Source: a virus
Taxonomy: Duplodnaviria; Caudoviricetes
DNA: 53,582 nucleotides
IMG/VR virus record: IMGVR_UViG_3300017971_000344
Span: 1-53,582 of that record
Direction: 5' to 3' (one strand)
Positions 9,090-18,711 of the stretch are shown here, in pieces. The position numbers and the translations under genes were made by a program. The notes beneath the pieces were generated by a model that saw only the letters and a list, made by a program, of their open reading frames with translations, was not told where the DNA came from and did not search any database. Every line of letters starts with the position of its first letter. Positions within the stretch are counted from its first letter, which is position 1.

Positions 9090-11537
9090 TTGCCTAATAT
9101 TCGTTACCACAGTCTCCGGTTTAAGAATGGATTCGCTTACCGCGAATGTGAGCTTCCTTTTGACAATCAAGGACTAGTGCTGGTACGTGGACTCAATCTG
9201 GATGATGGCGGGTTTCTGGGTGCAGGTAAGACATCTTTGTTTGATGTGTTTAGTCTGCTACAGACGGGTAAGATAGGAAAGCAACGCAAAGGCGAACGTA
9301 TCCTGGCAGATGACGTTGTCAACCTAAGCGTGGGAGCAGGATTCGAAGCCAGGCTGCGGTTTGACGTGGATGGTCATCCGTACGAAATCGTACAATGCCG
9401 TAAACACCATCGATGGGGTAACGCCTATAGAATTATCGATGTTGATGCAGGCAAAAACATTTTACCACACAGCAGTCGTAAGAAACCGCAGCTGTGGGCA
9501 CTGAAGAACATTCTGAATCTAGACGAGAAGAGCTTCTTCAACTTGGTCTATATGGCACAAGATTTCTCTAATGTGATGCTGCATGGAACTGACGGAGACC
9601 GCCAACAAAACCTAATCAAGATTTTTGGTTTGGATGCCTATGACGACCTGCTGGCGAGGACCAAACAGAAACTGTCTTCGCTACAAGTGACAGCTCGCGA
9701 CATAGATACACTCCAAGAAGAGCTTCGTAGTATCGATACACAGCTGCAGGAGTTCACCGAAACACCAGACGAACTGCTACTGCGGTTGGAAGCCGCTCGC
9801 CAACAACAGCTTGATCTGCAGCAGCGACATGATGCTGCCTTAGACCAACAAGAGACACTTCAAGAACGTCTTCGGGCGTTAGAGACGCGTCGTCAGTACA
9901 TCAAAGACATCAAAGACCTATGGTCTACTTTGCCTGAACCTCCGCTGGCGGACGTACGCGAAGTAGATCGTCAGCTGGTAGATAGCACGAAAACTGAAGT
10001 TGCGGCCCTAGAGCGCCGGTTGCTTGATCTGATGAACTCCATTAGATTAGTCGACCAGCGAAGTATTATTGAGAGACGTCTATCCACCTTGGGGTCGTGT
10101 GATCCTGATGCAACCCAACTCGAGCTTACTTCCACCAGAGACGAGTTGCGGCGGCTCACTAATGAGGAGCTTCCTCGAGCGGAGCAACGTCTTGAGTTGA
10201 TTCAGGATATTAGGTCGCTGCAGAAGCCTTTACGTTCAACCACCGTAGTGAGAGAAGAACTTGAGGCTGCAAAAGACTTGCGTCATGACGCCGAACGTGG
10301 TATTGCTGAGATCAAGCAAGCGTTGAACAATGATATCTGCCCGACCTGTAAGCGGCCGTACGACGCCGACGCTTGTTCTGTTCAGGATTATGAAGCACAG
10401 TTGAAGCGCGTACAACAACAGCTTCGGGACTACTCTACTGATGTGCACGATTTGACGGCAGAGCTGAAGAACACAACAGAGTACGAAGATCTCAAGGCAA
10501 AGATAGAAGCTATCGGAGCTAGCGCCAACACAACAGACATTCAGAAACAAATTGGACGTTTGTCTCAGGAAGAAAGTCGCTTGGTTGGTTTGCTGGAAGC
10601 AGAGAACATTCGATCTACACTGGAACGGCAGCTCGCCGATCTTCCAGCTGAGTCTACACTGGAACTGCAGAAGCAGAAGAAGGCAACAGAAGCCGCGCTT
10701 GACAAAAGCAAGCTTCTGTTGGATGTGGTTCGGCGTGTCTACGAGAAGCTAGCAAAGCTGCGGTTGCTGCCTAAAGGCAAGGTCGCTGCAGTCAAACAGC
10801 GTCTCATCGAAGCTGGACGTACCATTAGAGAAGCCAACAACGACATCATAGCGTTGGGCACAGAGCTGGGATCGCTGGAGCGGCGCCACGAAAAACTGTC
10901 TTCCCTAGCTACAAGGAAGCTGAAGATCGAGCACGGTATTGCAGAAACCAAAACAACCCAGACAGAAATAAAATGTTTGGAGGGCCTCAAGAAAGCCTTT
11001 GGGCCGTCGGGCCTAAAAAGAGAGCGGTTTCGTTCTATATTGGCCGACGCTACTGAGCAGACTGTACCGTACTACACACGGTTGTTGTGGCCGAAGCGTA
11101 ACGTTGAGTTGGCGTTGGCGGAAGAAGGTAGCGCGGTCAAATTTGAGCTACACCGTGAGGGTCTTGTTACTGGCAGTCGGTTACTATCCGGCGGAGAACG
11201 TAACAAGGCCGGATTGAGTCTTTTGTTCGGGATGCGTGACCTCAAAGAAAAATATACCGGACTGCAAACAAATCTCTTGATTTTGGACGAACCTTTTGGT
11301 AACCTCGATGCCTATGGAACAAGCTGCTTGCTTGGTGTTTTGGCGGAGCTGCGCCGCCGGTTCGGTACCGTTATGGTGATAGGAAACCAGAACGACGTAC
11401 TAGCGAGCGATGAGTGGGACCAGACGTGGTGGGTAATACGCGAAAACGATGAAGCACGGCTGTACCGTGATGGCCTACCGGATCGGTACGCGGAAGCGGC
11501 TATACGCTATACTGTACAGCCCGACGTTGAACGCTAA
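9090..11537 (+). CDS. sbcC: SbcC/Rad50-like SMC ATPase
   Basis: GAGKTS Walker A, coiled coils, CPTC zinc hook, LSGGE signature, LILDEP Walker B. Confidence 0.92.
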   Translation: MPNIRYHSLRFKNGFAYRECELPFDNQGLVLVRGLNLDDGGFLGAGKTSLFDVFSLLQTGKIGKQRKGERILADDVVNLSVGAGFEARLRFDVDGHPYEIVQCRKHHRWGNAYRIIDVDAGKNILPHSSRKKPQLWALKNILNLDEKSFFNLVYMAQDFSNVMLHGTDGDRQQNLIKIFGLDAYDDLLARTKQKLSSLQVTARDIDTLQEELRSIDTQLQEFTETPDELLLRLEAARQQQLDLQQRHDAALDQQETLQERLRALETRRQYIKDIKDLWSTLPEPPLADVREVDRQLVDSTKTEVAALERRLLDLMNSIRLVDQRSIIERRLSTLGSCDPDATQLELTSTRDELRRLTNEELPRAEQRLELIQDIRSLQKPLRSTTVVREELEAAKDLRHDAERGIAEIKQALNNDICPTCKRPYDADACSVQDYEAQLKRVQQQLRDYSTDVHDLTAELKNTTEYEDLKAKIEAIGASANTTDIQKQIGRLSQEESRLVGLLEAENIRSTLERQLADLPAESTLELQKQKKATEAALDKSKLLLDVVRRVYEKLAKLRLLPKGKVAAVKQRLIEAGRTIREANNDIIALGTELGSLERRHEKLSSLATRKLKIEHGIAETKTTQTEIKCLEGLKKAFGPSGLKRERFRSILADATEQTVPYYTRLLWPKRNVELALAEEGSAVKFELHREGLVTGSRLLSGGERNKAGLSLLFGMRDLKEKYTGLQTNLLILDEPFGNLDAYGTSCLLGVLAELRRRFGTVMVIGNQNDVLASDEWDQTWWVIRENDEARLYRDGLPDRYAEAAIRYTVQPDVER

Positions 11538-12073
11538 TGCTCACACACGTACTCAGACACAACTTCTTCTCCGATTGGGCACTGAACTGGCTTCGTCCTT
11601 TGTTGCCTAACCGGCCGAGCGCGATATCAGTAGACGAGCGTGGCGATTTGATTTTAGAGTGGAACGAAGGTCAGGAAAACGAGCAAGTATGGTCACCTGC
11701 TTACATTGTAAAGCAACTTCAGAAGTCCGAACCAGACGCAACTACCGTGTGCTGTTGTTGGTTTCTTTGTCGTCAGTATGATGACTGTCAAGATACCTCA
11801 GATGCAGTAACGGCTGCTGTGGCTGCTCGTCTTTCGGCACAGCTGGGTGTAGCTAGGTGGTACTGGGATGCGCATGGTGCGTTAGTCTCGGTCACCCCTG
11901 TCGAAGGCGATGCAGCGCCGACAGCAGACATAAAACTAAAACAAGGTAAAGAAGCCACTCGTTTTGTTTTACTGCCTAGTGGCTGGCTGAGGGACGTACT
12001 TGTCAAACATTTGAGAGATCGTGCGTTTCGCCACTATAACGGAGACTCCTCGGGGATCTCTACAGAGATATAA
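11537..12073 (+). CDS. Hypothetical protein
   Basis: Coupled ORF (TAATG overlap). Confidence 0.6.
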   Translation: MLTHVLRHNFFSDWALNWLRPLLPNRPSAISVDERGDLILEWNEGQENEQVWSPAYIVKQLQKSEPDATTVCCCWFLCRQYDDCQDTSDAVTAAVAARLSAQLGVARWYWDAHGALVSVTPVEGDAAPTADIKLKQGKEATRFVLLPSGWLRDVLVKHLRDRAFRHYNGDSSGISTEI

Positions 12074-12093
12074 CGAAAGCAGGAAGGTAGAGA

Positions 12094-12885
12094 ATGATTG
12101 TCCCAACAGTGGCTTTTGCCTATATGACGCCAGAGGCGTTGCGCGTGTTTTTGCAGCTTGCTGGTTTCCGTGTTTCCGTTTTTGACGGGTCTGACGAGTC
12201 CTTAGATTTACGCGAAGACAAACCGAGCAGCAACGTCGTCATTTTGCCGAACTTCGCGAAGCGTGGTAAGTTAGCACCTCATGCCGACATGATCGGCAGT
12301 TTGGTTGTTCTGACCAATGGGCGTCACGAGGACCTGGTTGAGTTAGACATACCGATTTTAGATAGTGTGGTTGACGGAGAATCGATCAGGCAGGCTCGAG
12401 ACCGTACACCTACTTATTACACAAAAAAGATTCGCGAAGCCGGTGTCCCTCTCGAACTAACCGCTCCTGTCACTCTTCCTTCTGTACCGGAAGAGGTGCC
12501 GACGGAGCCTCCAAAAACACTAGACCAGTGGTTTGACGCTTTGGATCAAGTGTATCCAGGGTTAGGTTCGTTTGACCACGACGTAGAGTACCCAGTATGC
12601 CAGTTTGTGCTCGGGCAGCTGAGCCAAACTGAACTGAAGAGCGCCCTCAAGGTTTTGGTTGATCAGGGGGCTGACGCAGAAACGCTAAAGCAGTTCTATC
12701 AGTGGCTTGTCCAGCGCGGCAAGAGACTCACTAATGCACTCAAAAGTTATCTGTTAGCAGCAGCACCCATAACGGCAACCGAAGTCGCAAAGAAGTTCAA
12801 AGTAGACGCAGCCGATGTGGTTCTGTTAGAGAACATCTACGTCGAGATGCAAGAAACAGAAGAAGGAGATGTTGAAGATGTTTAA
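12094..12885 (+). CDS. Hypothetical protein
   Basis: 263-aa ORF within the operon. Confidence 0.7.
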   Translation: MIVPTVAFAYMTPEALRVFLQLAGFRVSVFDGSDESLDLREDKPSSNVVILPNFAKRGKLAPHADMIGSLVVLTNGRHEDLVELDIPILDSVVDGESIRQARDRTPTYYTKKIREAGVPLELTAPVTLPSVPEEVPTEPPKTLDQWFDALDQVYPGLGSFDHDVEYPVCQFVLGQLSQTELKSALKVLVDQGADAETLKQFYQWLVQRGKRLTNALKSYLLAAAPITATEVAKKFKVDAADVVLLENIYVEMQETEEGDVEDV

Positions 12886-13798
12886 CGACACTGATGATTG
12901 GGACGACATGCCGCTTGACGACCAAGAGGACGAAACGGACTGGGATGAGTCTGCAGAGACTGAAACCGTAGAAGAAGTGGAGGCGCCGGCAGATCCGCCA
13001 GTAGAAGTCGATCCAGAAGACCCTATCGTGTTTCCTGAGCAGTTCTACGAGGTTCAGAGTAGCTACGAGCAAGGTGACCAGGTTATTGACGCTGGGACCA
13101 GTATTCAAATCAAGTGCGAGAACTGTGCTGTGTGGGAAGCTCCTCTGCAGGCTCGTGGAGGCAAGCCTCTCTGCCGTCCAGGACAGCCATTTTTGCTGCC
13201 GGCGAAGGAAGGCGAAGAGCCAGTAAAGTGGCGCATGCAGAGAGATCGCTATAGTTGTCAGGAGCACTTCATTCCGCAAGACATGCAGGATGTGCTGCAG
13301 TTCTTGACAGATGACATAGATCAAGTACGCATGCTTCTTTGGTGCTTCCCTACTTTGGCTAAGTTTGTTAAACTACAGAATAGGGTGAAGAGGTTCCACG
13401 CCAAGCATGGTGGTGACGCAGAGAAGACCATCAACGCACTGCTGGATTTCGTGGTATTGTTTGAGTCGGAGCAGCAGATTCAGCTGGTGAAGCCTTTCAT
13501 CAAGCGTGTAGTGGATGGGCTAGCTGCAACTAAGAAACCTCGACGAACCGGCAAAGCTTCCTTTAAGGCCGGCGACGAAGTGTCGTGGGAAGCTCAGCCA
13601 GGCGTGCGTGTACAAGGTTTTATTCGGTCCATCGGCGGTCGTAACAAGAATGTGACTATCATTGTCACAGACCCTTACGTCCAGAAGTTGGCTCCAGGAT
13701 CGACTCAGAAAGCACTCCAGTGGCAACGGCCGGTTACAGAATGGAAGCAGATGAGCCCAGAAAAGGTTTCCTCTATCCCCGTGGTAACTGACGAGTAG
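12878..13798 (+). CDS. Hypothetical protein, acidic N-terminus
   Basis: Long ORF (open from 12869); start uncertain. Confidence 0.7.
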   Translation: MFNDTDDWDDMPLDDQEDETDWDESAETETVEEVEAPADPPVEVDPEDPIVFPEQFYEVQSSYEQGDQVIDAGTSIQIKCENCAVWEAPLQARGGKPLCRPGQPFLLPAKEGEEPVKWRMQRDRYSCQEHFIPQDMQDVLQFLTDDIDQVRMLLWCFPTLAKFVKLQNRVKRFHAKHGGDAEKTINALLDFVVLFESEQQIQLVKPFIKRVVDGLAATKKPRRTGKASFKAGDEVSWEAQPGVRVQGFIRSIGGRNKNVTIIVTDPYVQKLAPGSTQKALQWQRPVTEWKQMSPEKVSSIPVVTDE

Positions 13799-15394
13799 AT
13801 GGAACAGAAACGTAACATACTGAAGGAAGCCCTTGAGGCGCTAGACCGACTAGAAGTCGCAGAAGGCCGTTTGGCCAAGGAAGCGATTCTGGAAGCGCAT
13901 CGAGACAATAAAGCACTCCAGGCGATCATCAAAATGGCTGTAGGCCCTGATCGCTACTTTGTTCGGCCTCCTGTTAACCTGGTAGCTACGTCAGACCTGA
14001 AGCCAGCCGACTCTTGGAGAGAATTTCGACAACTGACGCAGAAACTAAAAAACCGAGAGCTGTCTGGCAACGAGGCCAGAAAGCAGGTCAATAGGTTTTT
14101 GGTACGTTGTCGGCCCATTCTACTAAAGTGGTACTGCCGCATCCTGAACCACGATCTCCGCTGTGGCGTCGATCTTATGACGGTCGAGAAGATTTGGGGT
14201 AAAAAGTTTCTGTTGTCCGACTCGGCGGGCGAAGATAGCCGGTGGCACCCCAATGGATGTGCACTAGCTAAGAAGTACGAAGACGTCTACAGAGTAACAG
14301 CTAAAGGGGAAAAGAAACCTAAGTTTCCTCAAGCGGTGGAGTCTAAGCTTGATGGAGAACGTGCTCTCTTGATTTGCTTTCCTCGGGACGAGGCCATCTT
14401 CGTTATTACACGTTCGGGTCGACGCCGTAAGCCTGTTGAGCAGGTTCAGCCGTACGTACAGCAGGTGCTGTCTTTCTGTCGCGCTCTTAACCGAGACACC
14501 AATCCCAATAGACCTCTTTACCTGGACGGAGAATTTTTAGCACGCAATTGGAATCAGACTAGTAGTATTGTTCGTCGCACTAAAAACTTCGATTCGGATA
14601 AATTTCTCCACGACGTGCGCACCCTTTTGTGGGATTGGGCACCACTAGATCGGTATCTGGCTGGCCGCTTTGACATGAACTGGCTACAACGGAAATCTAG
14701 CCTACTGTTTGCTGCGGGGCAGAAAAGACCTACTGATCGGTTGGTTCGCTTTGATCGTAATGTATGGGTAGTCGGACACTCAATGGTGTACGATGAGCAG
14801 CAGATGTGGTTTGAGTATAATCGGAGACTTGACGCTGGTCACGAAGGTGCTATGCTGAAAGACCCTTACGCGCCACATGTGTTCAAACGGACGGTCGCTA
14901 TTGTAAAGATCAAACCAGAAGACGAAGTCACAGGTAGAATCATCGAAGTGCTACCCGGTGATGACCAGAATGCGGCCGTGCCTGACTCTGTTGCAGCTGA
15001 AGTTAAGGCGCTGATGGATAGTTACGGTGACGTGGAGAGTGATCCTCCGTATTTACATTGTAATACAAGCAACCCAGACGCCTTGGTGGCAAAAATTAAA
15101 ACACTAATTGAAGGCGACAACGAGCGGCGCATATCTAAGCATCTGCCTGGCGTAGTTAGTTTTCGTTCAGGCGTGCGTTTAGGTAAATTCATAGTCGAGC
15201 TAGAGGATGGCAGAGAGGTTCGTGTCGGTGGCGGTTTTACTATTAAACCAAGGAGGGATCAGAGAACAGAGTTTTGGCGCAAACGGGACGAGCTGATTGG
15301 AATGAAAGTAGATTTTAGACAGCAACGTGGTGACACTGCCGATGCAGTATCCAGGTTTCCTCGATTTGTTCGCCTTCGAGAGGACTTATCGTAG
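13799..15394 (+). CDS. ATP-dependent DNA ligase
   Basis: ESKLDGER, LDGEF, HEGAMLK, KIK, RFPRFVRLREDL. Confidence 0.92.
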   Translation: MEQKRNILKEALEALDRLEVAEGRLAKEAILEAHRDNKALQAIIKMAVGPDRYFVRPPVNLVATSDLKPADSWREFRQLTQKLKNRELSGNEARKQVNRFLVRCRPILLKWYCRILNHDLRCGVDLMTVEKIWGKKFLLSDSAGEDSRWHPNGCALAKKYEDVYRVTAKGEKKPKFPQAVESKLDGERALLICFPRDEAIFVITRSGRRRKPVEQVQPYVQQVLSFCRALNRDTNPNRPLYLDGEFLARNWNQTSSIVRRTKNFDSDKFLHDVRTLLWDWAPLDRYLAGRFDMNWLQRKSSLLFAAGQKRPTDRLVRFDRNVWVVGHSMVYDEQQMWFEYNRRLDAGHEGAMLKDPYAPHVFKRTVAIVKIKPEDEVTGRIIEVLPGDDQNAAVPDSVAAEVKALMDSYGDVESDPPYLHCNTSNPDALVAKIKTLIEGDNERRISKHLPGVVSFRSGVRLGKFIVELEDGREVRVGGGFTIKPRRDQRTEFWRKRDELIGMKVDFRQQRGDTADAVSRFPRFVRLREDLS

Positions 15395-15425
15395 ATTGTC
15401 ACAGTAGGAACAAGGAGATATGTAG

Positions 15426-16028
15426 ATGCCGAAGAAACCCAACACAGTAATGAAAGAGATGAGTGCCTCCGAGTTTGGATCACTCCTGCAGGACGGTAAG
15501 ATCGTGAAGATTCGTGCAGGTAAGGCCACAATTGAGTACACGCGCAAGACGCGGGGTAAGCCCATTACTACTACTTACGATATTAACCTGCAACCTCAGC
15601 TGGTGCATGAGTGGGTGGCCGAAGAGGAGATTGCTGCAGAAGCGGCACCGGTTAAGCAGGGACGGAAGCCTGGACCTAAGCCGCAAAGTAAGGGAGCTAA
15701 GCGTGGACGGAAGCCTGGACCTAAACCGAAGACAGAGCCCGCGGTGGAACCGGTTGAAGTAGCGGAAGCAGCTGAACCTAAAGCAACCAAGAAGCGTAGG
15801 AAGCCTGGACCTAAGCCGAAAGCTGAGAAGACAACCGAAGCAGCTGAACCTAAAGCAACCAAGAAGCGTAGGAAGCCTGGACCTAAGCCGAAAGCTGAGA
15901 AGACGGCTCCAGCGCCACAAAAAGAGACGACTCCCGAGGCGGCTCCCAAGAAGGCGCCCAAAACTACCAGTGCTCAGCTTCCTTGGAGTTCGTCAGATGA
16001 TCTCGACGATGACGACTTTGAGATGTAG
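15426..16028 (+). CDS. Basic DNA-binding-like protein with 4 RKPGPKP repeats
   Basis: AGGAG RBS; four (G/R)RKPGPKP motifs, acidic C-terminus. Confidence 0.7.
   Translation: MPKKPNTVMKEMSASEFGSLLQDGKIVKIRAGKATIEYTRKTRGKPITTTYDINLQPQLVHEWVAEEEIAAEAAPVKQGRKPGPKPQSKGAKRGRKPGPKPKTEPAVEPVEVAEAAEPKATKKRRKPGPKPKAEKTTEAAEPKATKKRRKPGPKPKAEKTAPAPQKETTPEAAPKKAPKTTSAQLPWSSSDDLDDDDFEM
15765..15904 (+). repeat. 68-bp direct repeat with 72-bp period
   Basis: 15765-15832 is repeated at 15837-15904. Confidence 0.9.
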
Positions 16029-16092
16029 CTTCCTGCCTTTCTTGTTCCCTCCTTCACATCTCCAGTTGTAAAGCTTCCTTAGGAGGCCACCT

Positions 16093-16899
16093 ATGGTTTG
16101 TCCCCACGATGCTGACTGTGATGTGTTAAAATCGATGCTGCTTACTATGGGTGTTGATTCTGACTATATTTCAGACGCCTGCACAGAAGAAGAGGCGTGT
16201 CAGTCTTTGTTTGATAACTTGATGCTGGCACACCATTACCTTAATCTAGAGAACGCTCAGGTGGTCATAGACGCAATCAAGAAACGGTACGACGGCCGGC
16301 TGCCGATCGATAAAACCGATGCAGCTATCAAACAGATTTTCGATCGGCAGCCGTTTCAGTGTCCAGAACTAGGCGTAGAGATCCGTCAGCCTTGTCAGGT
16401 CAGTAGTTGTGCTTACTGGACCAACCACAGCTGGACGCGCAACTGCGCCTTGTTTTACCGCGTAGATCAGGGACGCGATACTCTAGACCTCAAAGAATTG
16501 ACATTTCTGTTAGACCGCAGTGTGACTGAAATAAGAAAGAGGACCAATAAGGTCCTGGCGGAGATGCGCAGGTGGGCTTTACATAGTAAAGTAGAGAGCG
16601 ACACAGTACGTGAAGCTCCCTCTCCAGTGGCCGGTGGTTGCTGTGTTTGTGGTCGTATTGTCGGCAACAAGCGTGCGGTCCACAAACAAGGCTTTAGTTA
16701 TTGTAGCAGGCGATGCTATCAACAGAAACCTCCTCTGGATTTTAGGATCGAACGGGAATTTAAGTTACCGATCGATCGCGTCCTGAGTATTTGTGTTGAT
16801 AGCTTTGCAGCAAAGCGGCCTATGTGTCACGCTCTCAACGTCTCATCCAAGCAGCTAGAAGACCTGTGCACCCGCTACGAAATTAACCTTCGCTGCTGA
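16093..16899 (+). CDS. Cys-rich hypothetical protein, possible regulator
   Basis: AGGAGG RBS; CCVCG...YCSRRC Zn motif. Confidence 0.7.
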   Translation: MVCPHDADCDVLKSMLLTMGVDSDYISDACTEEEACQSLFDNLMLAHHYLNLENAQVVIDAIKKRYDGRLPIDKTDAAIKQIFDRQPFQCPELGVEIRQPCQVSSCAYWTNHSWTRNCALFYRVDQGRDTLDLKELTFLLDRSVTEIRKRTNKVLAEMRRWALHSKVESDTVREAPSPVAGGCCVCGRIVGNKRAVHKQGFSYCSRRCYQQKPPLDFRIEREFKLPIDRVLSICVDSFAAKRPMCHALNVSSKQLEDLCTRYEINLRC

Positions 16900-17071
16900 C
16901 CGGCGGCCTTCGTCCCCAAAATAATGCTCGTACGTGCTGTCGTGTAAACGGCAACACTACATTACTCTCTATCAGAAGGTACTTTCAAAGGGGTATTCCT
17001 TTGTCTGCTCAGATTATGTTCAAGATGAACATTCGAGATGACAACCAACCCAACGGTATGGAGATTTTATT

Positions 17072-17851
17072 ATGAGCGATATCGCGAAGAGCATGGCCGC
17101 AAAGTTGAAGGAGAAGATCGCCAATCATGAGCGGTCCACCCGCTGTGGGCGCATTGACCTAGAGTTGACTGACTATCGTCAGGTAGGTCCAAACGACTTT
17201 GAGGTTTTGGTGGAATACTCACGCGATCGTGGTGCCCCCTCGGTTACTCAGCTGAACGAGTGGGTGACTGCTTCTTTTAGGGGTGGGTTCCGTATGAACC
17301 TAGCTACCGTGCGTAATCATCCCGAGGTAAACGCCGTACGGGCGCACCTCCACGAGAACCACATTCCTATGCCGATGAGTCGTAGTGCCAGCATGCTCAA
17401 AATTGGCGGCGGGCGCTTCTTGGATCGCCACGAGAACCAATGGGAAGTCCGCCAGGCTCCTAACGGTGAAGATGTACTAGTGCGCTCTAGTGACGTAAAC
17501 GTTACAGATCTGCTCGAGGAGCGTATGAGCCGTCAGCGGGAAGGGCGCTATGCTAGTGCTCAGTTGGCTCAGGTTAAGACGGCTGGCGTGGTTGATTTGG
17601 AGGTAGGCGACACTGTTTTGTACGGCGAGCCTTCTGGTGGTCAGCTGCAGAAAACAGGCGTGCTTGACAGTGTCGGTACAAACGATGTCAAGATCCGCGG
17701 CCGTGAAGGAAAACTTCCGCGCAGTTACGTTGTTGATATTGTCGACAAGAACTCTGGGGCCAAAGCCAAACAGAAAAGTTACCTGATCGACTTCTTCAGC
17801 GAGTATCTGTTTGCTGGCGATAGGTCGATGGCTAAGAAAGCCGTCGAGTAG
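17072..17851 (+). CDS. Putative virion/head protein
   Basis: GGAG RBS; KTAG site; starts the structural block. Confidence 0.55.
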   Translation: MSDIAKSMAAKLKEKIANHERSTRCGRIDLELTDYRQVGPNDFEVLVEYSRDRGAPSVTQLNEWVTASFRGGFRMNLATVRNHPEVNAVRAHLHENHIPMPMSRSASMLKIGGGRFLDRHENQWEVRQAPNGEDVLVRSSDVNVTDLLEERMSRQREGRYASAQLAQVKTAGVVDLEVGDTVLYGEPSGGQLQKTGVLDSVGTNDVKIRGREGKLPRSYVVDIVDKNSGAKAKQKSYLIDFFSEYLFAGDRSMAKKAVE

Positions 17852-17864
17852 CCTTAAGTCTCAG

Positions 17865-18683
17865 ATGTTTCGTTTCCGTTCTGCTCTGTATCGCGAAGCA
17901 GGAGCCAAAGACCTAGCCAGAATGGTTCTGGGTTACCTTTGGTCTTGGATCTATCGCGCCGGGTTGACTAAAGAACAGGTGTTGGACTGGTTTCGATCGG
18001 TCCTCAGCTGTGACGTCAACCAGAGGTCTGCAGGTGTTATACCTACAGAACTCCGTGACGCAGTTATGCGACTCATGGCACAGCAGAGCTGGAACTGTGG
18101 TGATTTCATGATGGCTCTGGAAGAGGAAATAGAAAAACCTGTTCCAGGCTTTAGGTGGAAAACCGAAGCTAAGACCGGCCGTCATGTTCTGGTCAAAGTA
18201 CGCAGTGATGTCGGTGAGAGGGCGGTTGTTCAGGGTAAACGGTTCGCTGATTCTATTTTCGTAGGAATCTGGTGGACGACACAGAACCCTAAAGGGTCCG
18301 CCCACCGCAAATTGTGGAACCAAATCAAACGAGAGGGCGGGTCGGTGTTTTGGAACGAACGTCTTCCAGACGGTGGTCGGCAGTACGGTGCTTTCGTTAT
18401 TTCGTCTCGCGACGCTGTGAGTGGTGTGGCTGACCGTTTATGTCGGATGACTCAAGATGTAGACTTGGAGGGCGGAGGCGAGCATCGATTAAGCGCTATC
18501 AGTATGGCTGGTGTGGCTGAGCATCGTGAGGTTCGCGATTCTGACCAAGTTTGGGCGGGTTGTATTCGCAGCATCAAGTTTACGTGGGAGTACTCTCTCC
18601 CAGACCTGCTTAACGGCCGCATCGAAATATTCAAAAAATCAAAAGCCTATAACAATTGGATCAGTTCGATCAGAGAGCAATAA
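17865..18683 (+). CDS. Hypothetical protein with N-terminal shared tag motif
   Basis: Start moved to ATG 17865 (MFRFRSALYREA), which removes the overlap. Confidence 0.7.
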   Translation: MFRFRSALYREAGAKDLARMVLGYLWSWIYRAGLTKEQVLDWFRSVLSCDVNQRSAGVIPTELRDAVMRLMAQQSWNCGDFMMALEEEIEKPVPGFRWKTEAKTGRHVLVKVRSDVGERAVVQGKRFADSIFVGIWWTTQNPKGSAHRKLWNQIKREGGSVFWNERLPDGGRQYGAFVISSRDAVSGVADRLCRMTQDVDLEGGGEHRLSAISMAGVAEHREVRDSDQVWAGCIRSIKFTWEYSLPDLLNGRIEIFKKSKAYNNWISSIREQ

Positions 18684-18711
18684 CCAAATCTAACGCTGTT
18701 AGGAGAGCATT

